A stretch of 49,974 nucleotides of DNA, from NCBI GenBank assembly GCA_965201075.1, contig CBDAVP010000005.1, forward strand, positions 186,001 through 235,974, read 5' to 3'. This document shows positions 28,318 through 39,400 of the stretch, piece after piece. The DNA is from Isosphaeraceae bacterium. Lineage in GTDB: Bacteria > Planctomycetota > Planctomycetia > Isosphaerales > Isosphaeraceae. Below the pieces are notes generated by a model, which was not told the DNA's origin, did no database searches, and saw only the letters and a program-made list of their open reading frames with translations. Position 1 is the stretch's first letter. Each line of letters starts with the position of its first letter. The position numbers were made by a program, and so were the translations under genes.

Positions 28318-30822
28318 TCAATGATTGAACGCGAATTCCCGGGAGTTCAGCAAACTCCAGAGCAAATCCTCGGCCGCCTCGCGGGGTGACGATGCCGTTG
28401 CGAACGCCTTGGACCAATGAGCCGCCTCGGCCTCGCTGGGATGGCGGCAGAGGGCCCGCAGGTACAGGTTTTCCACAACTTCCGGGGGCAAAGGCTCAAG
28501 TTCCATCAGACTCGTCAGATATCCCCGAGGGTCCTGCACCTTCGCCTCGATCGCCTCTGGCCCCACGACCAAAAGCGCCTGCCTCAGGCTGGGCGTCGGT
28601 GCCGAGACCGGGGAGCACGCATCGACCCGGGGACAACGGCCGAACGCATCCAGCAGCGTGCTTGGGGTCGTCGCGTCATTCAGGTCCAGGGCACGTCGAT
28701 CGCGACGGCCGGCATAGACGTTGGGGACATCCGTGACCTGGGCCAGCGCGTCGGCCATCTGCTGGGCCGTCAAAGGGCGGGGCCGTTGGTGCGAGAACAT
28801 CCGAGAGTCCGCCGCATTTCCCGGCACCGTCGCCGATGACAATCCGTACGCTTCCGACGTGGCGATCAGCCGTAGAAGGTCGCGCAGGTCGTACTTGTGC
28901 TCGATGAAGTGCTTTGCCAAGGCGTCGAGCAATTCGGGATGAACCGGTGGATTGGCCCGGCTCAGGTCGTCGGGAGGATCGGCGATCCCCTTGCCGAAGA
29001 ACTGCGCCCAGGCCCAGTTGGCCACGGCCCTGGCGAAATACGGATTCTCGGGCCCGGTGATCCACGCCGCCAGAGCCGCCCGGGGGTCTGACCCCTCGGC
29101 GATCGACAAGGTCTCGCCGCCGGGCAACCGAGGCTCGGCGGGCTTTCCCGTGCGCAGGTGCGTGACAATGCCTTTGGGGTCGACCACCACGTTGGAACGA
29201 CCCATCCGTCCGGGGCCGCCCTCTCGTCGAACCTTGGCGAAGAACGCGGCCAGGCCGTAATAATCGTCCTGGGTCCAGACGTCGAAGGGGTGGTCGTGGC
29301 AACGGGCGCAGCGGATTCGCAGACCCAGGAATCGACGGGCCGCTCCCTCGGCGCGAGTCGGGGCGTCCTCGCCATCGAGCGCGTAATTCGCCGCGGCGCC
29401 TTCCGGCTGAGTGGGGTCGCCCACCGCCGTCAACAGCGTCCGCACCGCGTCGTCCCAGGGCCGGTTGCGCGTCAGGGCTTCGTCGATCCACTCCAGAAAC
29501 CGATTCGTTCCCATCCCGAACCGCGAGTTCCCGACCTGGAACAAATCCCCCAGCTTGATCTTCCAGAATCGAACGAAGTCGCGATCCTCCAGCAGCCGAT
29601 CCACCCATCTCGCTCGCTTCTCGGGGTCGGCATCGTTCAGGAACCGGCGAACCTGATCGGGCGTGGGCTGATGGCCGACCAGGTCCAGGCATACCCTGCG
29701 GAGAAACGCGGTATCGGTGGCCCGAGGGCTGGGCGGCACCTTCATCGCCTCCAGCCTTCGGAACAGTTCGCGGTCGATGACGTTGCGTCTCGGCAGCCCG
29801 GCGAAGTCGAACGCCTGGGCGGAGTTTAAGGGAGTTCCCAATCTCGCCGCCAGCACCGTCGACCCATAACGCACCACCACGTCGGCCTCGGCCCGAGCCT
29901 TCAAGGTCGCCAACCCCTCGGTATTGACCGCCACCGCCGAGTCGTCCGTGGCGCGAAACGACGCGAGGCGAGTCACGTCGCGAAGCGTCCCATCGGCGTA
30001 TCGCGCCATCACCCGGAACTGTTGTGTCCCCGGTGAACCTAAAATCGCCCCGGCCGGATCGACCTTCACCTCGGCCAGGGCTCCATGCGTTTTCCCCAAC
30101 CGCTCCGGGGCTCCGGCGGCGATCCACGCCCTCAACGTTTCGTAAGCGGTCGAGGTGTCATCGAACCGAAGTTTCCCCCCATGAGGAACGGTTTCGGTCG
30201 CCTTTTGGAGAAGGAGGCTCGACTCGGCATCCGCGGGGTCGATTCGTGCCCCTCCACGATCGCGAACAATGGCCTGGTAGTCGGCCGCGGGGTCATAGCC
30301 CAGGAATGACAGTTTGAGACCACCCCGACCCGCCGCCCGTCCATGACAGCCACCGCCGTTGCAGCCGTGGCGAGTCAGCAGCGGAGCCACGTCGGCGGCG
30401 AAGTCCCAGGAACGGGGCGACTCGGCGGCGACCACTTCCAACGGCACCACCGACCGATCCGCGCCAAAAACCGCGCGCACCTCCGCCTTGCCGGGAGCGA
30501 GCGGTCGGGCATAGCCGTCGGCGCCGATCTCGACAATCCCCGACGGCTCAACCTCCCAGGCCACCGAACCGGTCCAGTCTTTCCGGCCGCCGGCCTCGTC
30601 GACCCCCTCGACCAGCAGTTGCCAACCGGGGTCGTCTCGATTCAGGCGGATCGGGCCGGGCGCGATTCGAAACGCGGGGGGGTGCTCGATCGTCGTCGGC
30701 GAACCCACTTCCGGCTTCGCGGCGATTGGCCGGACCGCCGTCGGCTCCCGCCGGTCGCAGGCCAACCCGCAGACCGTCCACGCCAGCAACAGGCCGCTTC
30801 CGGGCAGACGTCGCGACGCCAT
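28318..30822 (-). CDS. DUF1549/DUF1553 domain protein with Ig-like domains
   Basis: GCNGGGCHG, FLRRVCLDL, CARCHDHPFD.W, NPYFAR, HPELLDAL and the C-terminus EDLLWSLLNSREFAFNH. Start is 30822 or 30867. Confidence 0.92.
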   Translation of the reverse strand: MASRRLPGSGLLLAWTVCGLACDRREPTAVRPIAAKPEVGSPTTIEHPPAFRIAPGPIRLNRDDPGWQLLVEGVDEAGGRKDWTGSVAWEVEPSGIVEIGADGYARPLAPGKAEVRAVFGADRSVVPLEVVAAESPRSWDFAADVAPLLTRHGCNGGGCHGRAAGRGGLKLSFLGYDPAADYQAIVRDRGGARIDPADAESSLLLQKATETVPHGGKLRFDDTSTAYETLRAWIAAGAPERLGKTHGALAEVKVDPAGAILGSPGTQQFRVMARYADGTLRDVTRLASFRATDDSAVAVNTEGLATLKARAEADVVVRYGSTVLAARLGTPLNSAQAFDFAGLPRRNVIDRELFRRLEAMKVPPSPRATDTAFLRRVCLDLVGHQPTPDQVRRFLNDADPEKRARWVDRLLEDRDFVRFWKIKLGDLFQVGNSRFGMGTNRFLEWIDEALTRNRPWDDAVRTLLTAVGDPTQPEGAAANYALDGEDAPTRAEGAARRFLGLRIRCARCHDHPFDVWTQDDYYGLAAFFAKVRREGGPGRMGRSNVVVDPKGIVTHLRTGKPAEPRLPGGETLSIAEGSDPRAALAAWITGPENPYFARAVANWAWAQFFGKGIADPPDDLSRANPPVHPELLDALAKHFIEHKYDLRDLLRLIATSEAYGLSSATVPGNAADSRMFSHQRPRPLTAQQMADALAQVTDVPNVYAGRRDRRALDLNDATTPSTLLDAFGRCPRVDACSPVSAPTPSLRQALLVVGPEAIEAKVQDPRGYLTSLMELEPLPPEVVENLYLRALCRHPSEAEAAHWSKAFATASSPREAAEDLLWSLLNSREFAFNH

Positions 30823-30926
30823 GCGTTGCCCCCCCGGCCTGATCCGTTGGTCCGACCATTTCCACAATTCATCCTACATCCGTCGGAATGGGAAGGCAAA
30901 CCCTCGGTCGATGGGTTTGCGACGGT

Positions 30927-33119
30927 TCAGAACCCCGTGAGACGGAAGGAACTGAAGAACGGATCGATCAGAGGCGGCAATTGTTCCGTCCCGGCCAGGA
31001 TCGTCAGGACGAAGACCGTGCGATCGCGAAACAGGATGCGGACGCGGCCGGCCCCCCCCTTGGGAAACTTCGGGTTGGCGGCGAACGTGACGTCCATCTC
31101 CCGACCGGACAGATTTCCCGCCGAAACGGCTCGGTTACCCGAGACCTGAGCTTGCCCACCCTGCTGCGTCAACGTGGCCAGGTAACCCTTGATGAAGGCG
31201 TCCTGACCGGCGGCGTCCAGCGCGACGGGCTGGTCCGAGACCATCACAAGGTAGAGGCTCTTGTTCAATCCCTGAGCGGGATAGATCCGCAACCGCGTCG
31301 CGACCCCATTGAAGGATTGGTCAAGATTGATGGGCTTGGTCGGGGCGGGCATGGTGACGTGGAACATTCCGTCCGGAGGGGCGTAATCCACCGGAGCGCT
31401 GCCGGCAATCGCATCCGAGAACGGATTTCCAAACGGCGTGTTCCCTCCCGCCGCCGGAACCGCCGGAGCCGCGGAGGCCGTTGCCACTGGAGCCGGAGCC
31501 GCGGCCTGCCCTCCAGGCTTTGGTGGATTGTCGTGCTCCTTGAGCGACTCCTCATACCCCTCCACCGTCGCGTCAACCAGGTAGCGGTCCACCAGCGCCT
31601 GGGCATCGGCCAGCAACGCCTGAGCGGTGCGGGTCAGGATGGGGCGTTTCAACTCCCTCTGATCCAACGTGGCCTTGTCCGTGAGGGCCTTCAACCGTGT
31701 CTCGAACACCTTGCGGTCGGGCAACTTGTGGAACTGGGCGATCAGCTCGCGGGCTTCGTCCCAACGCTCCCCCTCGATTCTCGGCTTGATTCGCGCCTCC
31801 AGCCGAGCGCGGATGCCGACAAGATCCACCAGTTCGTCGCGGATCGCGTTGACATGGGTCTGCAACGCCACCGCCTCCGGCTTGGACTGGATCGGGATCA
31901 TCTGCTCCCGGTCACTCTCACCCGGCATCGCGGGGAACTCCACCACCGGCTCGCTTCCGCCGGCCTGAAGGCGCAGGATCACCAACTGGTTTGAGTACTC
32001 CGAGGGGAGGGTGATCCGCCCTTCGCGGTCGGTGATCCCCAGTGGCCGGGGCGTCCCGTTGGGCACATCCCGGAAGGTCAGGACATAGCCGGGGGCCGGG
32101 CGAGGCGGCGCTGTCTCTCGCTTGATCGCGGGATCCTTGGAGCGTTCCGGGGGGATCACGAACCAGTAGCGGCTGGCCACCGACGTCGGCTTGATTCCCA
32201 ATGCCACCACTCTTGACCGCACCGCCTTCTTGGTCAACGGGTCGCGCACGCCGCTGACCACCGAGCACATCGCCGCCGGCCCATCCACCGTCTCAACCCT
32301 CAGGAACGAGTGAGGGACGTCTTTAATGAGAGGTTCATTCGTTTTTACCGACCGGGCGATGACCTTGCGGGCCGCGTCGGTGTAGTTCAACCGGATCAGG
32401 CGGAACGTCGTCCCCGGAGCCACGACGCGCCCAGCCAAGGACGCCGCCGGCAACGCGCCCCCGCGGACGACAACCTTCACCAGCCCATCTTCCTTGTCGC
32501 CGACCTCGGCCACGGGGCTGAACATCGACAGCGAAAGGTCCAGTAGGCCCCTGGCCACATCGCAGGGAAACGCCACCCGGCGACGAACGACCTCCCCCAG
32601 CCGCAAGGTCTCCGCATCAAACTCCCGACCGGTCAGGACGAACCCATCGGCCTCGTCGGACGCGACCCGGATCAACCATCCCTTATCCTTACCTGAAGTC
32701 GCGGCGGCGACCGTATCGGCCGAGACGGCTTCCAGGTTTCCTCCGATCAGCGGACCAGGCCCCTCGACCACCTCCAACTGCCAGGGGGGACCCACGAACC
32801 GCTGGACCAGACCCCGCCACGAGTCCAGCAACACCTCCCGCCCCCGTTCATCCAGTCGGGCCCGGGGATCGACCACCACCCAGACCTGAATCGCATAAGG
32901 TCGATGTCCCGCGTCCACCACCGGCCCAGCCGCAACCGCCACTGGATTAGTTGGGGAGGTCGTGACGGCCGGCGTCGGCGTTGTGACAATACCCTTAGGG
33001 GTTTCCGGAGCTGGCGCCGGGGCGTCAGCCGGAGCCGGAGCTGGCGGATCGGCGGCGCGTACCGACTCGCCCACCGAAACAGCCCACGCACCCACGACTA
33101 GCCCCAGAGCCCAGCGCAT
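30927..33119 (-). CDS. Secreted hypothetical protein with coiled-coil region and possible C-terminal PsbP/DcrB-like domain
   Basis: ATG 33119 overlaps the upstream stop (TGATG). Signal peptide MRWALGLVV..VRA, Pro/Ala linkers, and a C-terminal domain ending FFSSFRL. Confidence 0.8.
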   Translation of the reverse strand: MRWALGLVVGAWAVSVGESVRAADPPAPAPADAPAPAPETPKGIVTTPTPAVTTSPTNPVAVAAGPVVDAGHRPYAIQVWVVVDPRARLDERGREVLLDSWRGLVQRFVGPPWQLEVVEGPGPLIGGNLEAVSADTVAAATSGKDKGWLIRVASDEADGFVLTGREFDAETLRLGEVVRRRVAFPCDVARGLLDLSLSMFSPVAEVGDKEDGLVKVVVRGGALPAASLAGRVVAPGTTFRLIRLNYTDAARKVIARSVKTNEPLIKDVPHSFLRVETVDGPAAMCSVVSGVRDPLTKKAVRSRVVALGIKPTSVASRYWFVIPPERSKDPAIKRETAPPRPAPGYVLTFRDVPNGTPRPLGITDREGRITLPSEYSNQLVILRLQAGGSEPVVEFPAMPGESDREQMIPIQSKPEAVALQTHVNAIRDELVDLVGIRARLEARIKPRIEGERWDEARELIAQFHKLPDRKVFETRLKALTDKATLDQRELKRPILTRTAQALLADAQALVDRYLVDATVEGYEESLKEHDNPPKPGGQAAAPAPVATASAAPAVPAAGGNTPFGNPFSDAIAGSAPVDYAPPDGMFHVTMPAPTKPINLDQSFNGVATRLRIYPAQGLNKSLYLVMVSDQPVALDAAGQDAFIKGYLATLTQQGGQAQVSGNRAVSAGNLSGREMDVTFAANPKFPKGGAGRVRILFRDRTVFVLTILAGTEQLPPLIDPFFSSFRLTGF

Positions 33120-35638
33120 CACCACGGGTCCTTGGCGTACCAGGGGGCGATCTCCCATGACTCGATCCCTTGATAAAGGTGGTCGGCGGTCGGCGAGGGG
33201 CCGGCCAGGCGGGACCTCCAGGCAAAATGATCTTCCAGGTGCCACAGGGGCAGAATTGGCAGCTCGTCGCGCGTCTCGGCGTCGAGCTGAAGCAGGATCA
33301 ACCGCGACGTGACCGGATCGGCCGCCTGTTCCAATTGAAGCAGCAGTTGCAAAATCCGGGGGCTCGTCACCGAAGCGAGCCCATCGGCGGCGGGGGGCGC
33401 GTCATAACCCGGGCAAAGCGCCGGGCCCGCCCCGAAGGCCAAATCGTCCACTCGAACTGCCCGATAGGCCAGGTCGAACCGCTGCCCCAGCCGTAACCCT
33501 TCCTCCAGCTCGGCCGAGGGGCGCTGCACCGCCTTGACCTCCAACCCACTGGCTTTCAACGCCGCGACAATTTTCGGCGTCGCGGCCTGGGCCTCGGCGG
33601 TGTCGGGATACTCCAGGGTCAGCTTGATTGCCACCCCGCCCATCTCCTTCCGAGCGGCCACCACCAGCATTCGGGCCAGCAACGGGTCATACTCCAGCGG
33701 CTTGACCCCAGGGGCATCGGCGGCGCTACCTTTGGGGAACGGGCCATCCGCCACCTCCCCCGCCTCGCCCGCCGGAGCCTTCAGGACGTTTTCCTCCAGC
33801 AAGGTTCGGCGGTCGATCGCGTAGGAAAGTCCCCGTCTCAGCGTCCGGTTCCTCAGTAACGGGTTGCGGCCGTCCAGGGCAATACTGTGCAAGGACGGCC
33901 GAGAGCCATGCCCAAGGTGGACTTCGGGGTCGCCGCGCAACGAGGCGACGCGGTCGGCCGGGACATGCTCGATCAGGCTGACCTCGCCATTGAGGAACGC
34001 CGTCAAGGCCGCGGCGGGGGTCGGCATGAAGTGCTCGCGGACCCGCCGCACCCGCCCGGTCCCCGGGCTAGGCGATTCGGCGCCCGCGGCGAGGAACCGG
34101 GCCACTCGCTCATCCGCCCCATCCCAGCGAAACGGGCCATTGCCCACCGGCTCACGCTTGCCAACACCGGCCGAGGCCGACGCCCAGCCATCCCAGGCCG
34201 CATGAGCCGGCCCCACCGGGGTCATGAGCCACGCCCCGGCCCTCAGCGGCTGACGAGTCAGGCGAACCTCGGCATGAGTGGCGTCCACCGAGGAAACACT
34301 CGCCAGCAGGTTGGCCCAGCGAGCGTTGTACGCCGGAGACGTCGGGTCGGCCCGGTCCCGCAACGCCCGGACCACGTCGATCGCCGCCGCCGGCCGAGAG
34401 CCGTCCGACCACGGTACGCCGGTCCTCGTCTGAATCAAAAGCCGCTGGCCCATCTCTCGAAAGGCCACCTCAGCGGCCAACTGGCCGGGAACCGTCCCGG
34501 CGAACGCCTCCTCATCCACCCCCGCCAGGATCGGCAAGTACAGTAAGCGTCCCACCCGTTCCATCGTCGGTGAGCGCGTCCACGGACCCACAACGCCGTA
34601 GACCATCTTGGTTGAGCCCCGACTCCGGTCCACCGACGCTCTGGGCAGGTCCGAAACCGCCACGTCCAAGGTGGGAAGCGTCCGGAACGCCTGCTCGAAC
34701 GCCGACGCCCCCCCTTCCAGCGTGGGCCAGATCTTCAAGGCCGAGCCCAGCAGGTCCAGTCGCTCGCCGGGTTCCGTCGTGCTTTTGGACTTTTCAGCCA
34801 GGTCTCGGGCCGCCGCCACGAACCGGGTCCGGGCGTCGGGCAGTTCTGGGGCATCGGGCGAGAAGGTCTCCATATCGTGCAAGAAACGGCGAGCCGCCGC
34901 GAACGCCCCCGCGTCGAACGCCCGGGAAATCTGAGCTGAGTAGACCGACGCCAACAACTCCTTGAGTTTTGGGTATTCGCGATTGCGCGCGGCCAGTTCT
35001 CGTAGCAGCCGCAATCCACGGTCCGGGTCCGATTCGTTCAACGCCGCCTGGCCTTCGGTGAACAGAAGCTTGTTGACGTGCTCATCAATGCCAGGCCATG
35101 TGGGGTTGCGGTTCTTGGATGCAAGGTAATGCTCAAACGCCCGGCCGAAGTCCTGAAGCCTCAGCAGCCGTTCCCCCTTGGCCAGCAACAGGTCCTCGAA
35201 ATACTCAACCTTCTTGATGCTCCGCCGCGCGACCTTGAAGTCGCGCTGGTCGCCTCGGACGAGGTGGATCGTCAGGATGTTGGCCGGATCGTCTTCCTCA
35301 ATCACGGCGGTCTTGGACTGGGTTGTCTCCTCGCCCGGGATGCCGATCGCTTGGTCAACCTTCGCCTTGCGGGTCTTCTTCTCGGGCTCTTCGTCCCCCT
35401 TCCGCTTCACCGGCGGCGGAAGGGGGCGGGGGGAGACCGGCTCAATGTCCCAGACCGTGTTGTCCAGCAGGGTGATTCGGTCGAACGGCGGCGACTTCAA
35501 AAGGTCCGCGTCATCGCCAGTCGCTCCCGTGGGAGGAGCAGGCGCCTGCCCCCGACCCGACCATGCCAGGAGCAGCACCAGCGACGTCGTCAGGGCGAGG
35601 GTCAAGCACTTCCGAGGATGTTGAGTCGCGACCATCAT
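33119..35638 (-). CDS. ABC-type family 5 solute-binding protein with N-terminal TPR-like extension
   Basis: Start ATG 35638 after GAGGT; signal peptide; helical repeats. SBP_bac_5 hallmarks WSDG.P...DV, PVGNGPF, LRRGLSYAIDR, YDPLLAR and ELPILPLW. Confidence 0.85.
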   Translation of the reverse strand: MMVATQHPRKCLTLALTTSLVLLLAWSGRGQAPAPPTGATGDDADLLKSPPFDRITLLDNTVWDIEPVSPRPLPPPVKRKGDEEPEKKTRKAKVDQAIGIPGEETTQSKTAVIEEDDPANILTIHLVRGDQRDFKVARRSIKKVEYFEDLLLAKGERLLRLQDFGRAFEHYLASKNRNPTWPGIDEHVNKLLFTEGQAALNESDPDRGLRLLRELAARNREYPKLKELLASVYSAQISRAFDAGAFAAARRFLHDMETFSPDAPELPDARTRFVAAARDLAEKSKSTTEPGERLDLLGSALKIWPTLEGGASAFEQAFRTLPTLDVAVSDLPRASVDRSRGSTKMVYGVVGPWTRSPTMERVGRLLYLPILAGVDEEAFAGTVPGQLAAEVAFREMGQRLLIQTRTGVPWSDGSRPAAAIDVVRALRDRADPTSPAYNARWANLLASVSSVDATHAEVRLTRQPLRAGAWLMTPVGPAHAAWDGWASASAGVGKREPVGNGPFRWDGADERVARFLAAGAESPSPGTGRVRRVREHFMPTPAAALTAFLNGEVSLIEHVPADRVASLRGDPEVHLGHGSRPSLHSIALDGRNPLLRNRTLRRGLSYAIDRRTLLEENVLKAPAGEAGEVADGPFPKGSAADAPGVKPLEYDPLLARMLVVAARKEMGGVAIKLTLEYPDTAEAQAATPKIVAALKASGLEVKAVQRPSAELEEGLRLGQRFDLAYRAVRVDDLAFGAGPALCPGYDAPPAADGLASVTSPRILQLLLQLEQAADPVTSRLILLQLDAETRDELPILPLWHLEDHFAWRSRLAGPSPTADHLYQGIESWEIAPWYAKDPW

Positions 35639-35682
35639 TTGAAGACCTCGCTTGGGGCCTGATACGAGGATTACGCCGAACA

Positions 35683-36411
35683 TCACCCCAGATCCTGGAC
35701 GGGCCCCCGTCGATCTCGGACGCTCAGAACATCGCGAACCCACGCCCGGAGCGCCTGGCCCCACTCCACGCTGAGACTTCCGGCCGAGTCTTCCAGCCAG
35801 GGAATGAGGTCCTCAGGACGAAGGAACGGCAACGCCCGGCTCGTTGCCGACTCAACGTATTTTTCGTCGGTCGAGAGGTGCAGGAATTTCAGCCCTTCTC
35901 GCTGGCTCAGGGTCCAGACCTCGGCAACACCCAGCCCAGCGTAAATGGTCAGTCGGTCGGCGATCGCGCGGCTGATCTCCACCTCGATGACCAAATCGGG
36001 GGGGGGATCGACGTTCAAATCGATCTCCGTCTTCCCCTTAAAGCGATCTAGATTGGTGAAATAATAGGACTTGTCCCCCTCGACAGCGCGGTCCAAATCC
36101 CGCCGATGAAGCGTCACATGGCGCGTGACCTGATGGGGAATTCCAAGCCCGAGCAGAATCTCATGAAGGATCAATCCGAACCGTTCCGCAAGCGTCTCGT
36201 GCAGATAGCCCGGCGACATAAGTTCCAACTCTCCCAGCAGGTACGCCAGCCGAGGAACGGGCCGATCCCCGACGAGATTCCGGACCGCTTCATATCCCTC
36301 CCACCCGACATCCCGAAGCACGACACGAGACTCGCCAATCGGCCCATCCAACGTAGGTTCGACCCGTGATTCGGCCAAAGGCTTCGGGGGAGATTGCGTT
36401 TCGACGGGCAT
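35683..36411 (-). CDS. Uma2 family endonuclease
   Basis: VGWEGYE, GELELMSP..HE, VEGD..YY, PPDLVIEV and YAGLGVAEVW. Confidence 0.92.
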   Translation of the reverse strand: MPVETQSPPKPLAESRVEPTLDGPIGESRVVLRDVGWEGYEAVRNLVGDRPVPRLAYLLGELELMSPGYLHETLAERFGLILHEILLGLGIPHQVTRHVTLHRRDLDRAVEGDKSYYFTNLDRFKGKTEIDLNVDPPPDLVIEVEISRAIADRLTIYAGLGVAEVWTLSQREGLKFLHLSTDEKYVESATSRALPFLRPEDLIPWLEDSAGSLSVEWGQALRAWVRDVLSVRDRRGPVQDLG

Positions 36412-36432
36412 CGCTCACACTCTCAAACAGGT

Positions 36433-39400
36433 TCAAGGGGCGGCCGAAGCAGTGGCGGGAACCGAGAGTGCCGGGGCGGTCAGGTCAAGCCTTCGCAGCG
36501 CGCCCGGACCAACCGGGATCAACACGTCGTCGCCGATGACCAGGGGTGGGCCCGACGGCCGCACGTCCAGATCTTGCGGGGCGGCCAGCGGCTTGCCGTC
36601 GGCCACGGCCAGCCGGTGCAGCTTGCCGTCGCGGTCCAGCACCAGGGCCGAGTCCCCGTGCAGGATCGGCGGGCCGGCCGGCGGGCTGGTCCCCAGGTCC
36701 GACTCCCAGAGCTTCTGGCCATCGGGATCGAACGCCAGCACCTGCCCCGCGGCGTCTCCCACGAACAGCTTTCCCCCGGCTACCAGCGGACCCATCACCA
36801 GCGGGGCCACCAGCGGAGTTTGACTGACCGGCGAAAGGTCTCGGGCCGACCGGAAGTGGAGCTTCTGGTCCGCGCCGGCGATCAAGGCCACCTCCCCCGC
36901 CACCGCTGGGTCGGACGTCACCGGGCCACCAATCCCCACCTCGTCGGCGGCGACCAGCCTCGGACCAGTCCCCTCGGCCCCCGACTCCTGTCGAGAAACC
37001 CTCCGCAGCTTGCCCGAGTCATCGGCCAGCAACACCGTGCCATCAGGCAACGCGGCCGGGGTCTTCCAGCGGGTCGGCCGGGCCTGGTCGAACACCGCCA
37101 GGAATGGCTCGGCCTTGGGAGCGCCGGTCCTTGGGTCGACCAGGAACACCCGCCCCCCCGTCGCTGGCAGCAACAGGTCCTGGCCCAGAGGGAACGGCGC
37201 CGCCGCCAACGGGGCGGGAAGGTCCACGCGACGGAACTCGCCACTGGCCCCCTCGCGGACCAGCAAGTAAGACGCCTCACCCCCCGGCACGAGGATATCC
37301 AGGCCGCCCAGTTCCAGGCGTCTCAACGGTCCCGAGGGCAGCGTGAACACCCCGGGCTTGGGTAATGGCTCCTCGACGAACCCGCCTTGCGTCAGGCGTT
37401 CCTTTGGCAGGGAGATTGCCGCCCCGGTTCCCGCCAGCGCCGCCAGGCTCCGACCATCCCCCGAGGGGATCGGCTCCGATGGCCAGGGAACCCCCAGTAC
37501 CGTGCGCCAGGCCACCTTGCCGCTATTCGGGTCGACACCCCAAAGGGCCACGCCCGGCCCCTCGGAGTATTGATGTGTCAAAACCGCCAGCTTGTCCCCC
37601 GGCTGGATCGGTGCCAGGGCCGGCCCCGCCTCGCGTAGGGTCCATGCCGCCCGCATCTCTCCCCGCTCAATGTCGAGGTTGTACCGGGCCGAAAGCCCCG
37701 AGGACAGCCACAACTCCCGATCGCTCTTGACATATCCGAACGCCGGCCCGGTGGACGCCGCCTCCGACGCCTGCCTCGCGATCAACTTCACCGGAGCGGC
37801 CTGGTCGGGCGGACCCAGGGCATACGCCGCGACCCCCGACCGATCCCCCGTCGCCCACATCACCGCTTGAGACGCCGCCGGGGTGTCCCAGATCCAACCG
37901 GGCAAGGTGATCTGCTGCAACGGGCGGGGCTTCTTCCCCCCCTCCTCTAGCACCAGGACGTTCCATCGGCATTCGTCCTTGGCGTGATTCTCGGGGACGA
38001 CCAGGAATCGACCCACCCTCGCCGGCCCACAAGGCACCGAGTCCGCGTTGTGCCCCAGGTACGCCACCTCGACGCACTCGTGAGTCTCTCTCGACACGAC
38101 ATACAAAACCGCCGACTCTCCCACCACATAGTAGTAGAGGCCGTTCTCATCCGTCGCCGGAGTCACCCCCAGCGGTCTGCCCAGCGCGATCGACCCTTTC
38201 ATCGCCCCGTCGGCCAGGTTGACCAGGATCAGCCGGCCCGAGTGGGTGGGTATCGCCAGTTCCAACCCCGCCACCAGCGGCGCGGAGGTAATCCGCTCCC
38301 CCAGCGCCAACCTCCAGAGCACCCGTCCCGACCGCCCATCCAACCTCAGCAACTCCAGATGGTTGGCATCAAAGGCTAGCGCCGAGGGCTCCTCGCCACG
38401 CACCGCCAACGGCGGGAACGGCGACGACAGCCCCACGGGAACTTGCCAGAGCGGCTTGCCCCCGCCGGCATCCAGTCCCACGGCCATCCCCTGAGCCAGG
38501 GCATACACCACCGACGAGGGCTTCCCCCCCGCCACCGCCGCATCCGGTGTCAGCCGAAGCGCTAATGAGGTCGGCGGGCCCAGCGGCTCGGCCCGGCCCC
38601 CCACTTCGGCCGGATGCCCCTGCCCGTCGTATTTGGCCAGTATCTTCAACAGGTCATTCGCGGCCGTCAACTTCTGGACGACCAGCTTGTCCTTGCCGAG
38701 GTCGGGATATTTCAAGATCAACCGGTCACGAGCCGCGTAGATCCCCGCCGGGTCCTTGGCCGCCTGGGCCTTGTCCATCGCGGCGAGGTCGGCCGTCCGC
38801 GTCTGGGCCTTCTCCACCGCGGCCCGGGCCACCGAAAGCTTTTCGGGATAGTGCGACCGACCTTGCAAGTCCTTGGCAGGTTTGCCGGCGATCCTCGTAT
38901 GCAGCTTCCCAGCGGCCTCGGCCTCGGCCAAAACCTTCGGGTCGGTCGATGTCTTGGCCCGGTCGGCCAACCCCTCCGCCGCTTTCAACACGAGTTCGGC
39001 CAGATACGCTGCCTCGTCCCGATACTCGGGCAAACGGCCGACGGTGCTGACCATCGTCTCGGCCTCGGAGACCGTGTTCGACCAGTTCGGTTGCGCCCCC
39101 GTGCCAAACTGACGAACCTTGGCCGAGGCCTGAAACACCTTGACCTTGTTGACCCGAGGGTCTTCGGGGTTCCCCTTCAGGAACGCGTCGAAGTCGGTGA
39201 TCGCATTGCGATAGTCGGCGTTCTCGTACGACTCCATGCCCGCGGTGTACTGCCCTTCCACCTGGGCCCGGTGAATGACTCGATACAACACAAAGCTGAG
39301 GCTCAGGGTCACGACCAGTAAGCCGCTCAGCAGCACCACCAGAGGCGAAACCAACCGTTCCTGCCCGGGTCGCTGGTCACCGGCCAGCAGTTCCTTGAAG

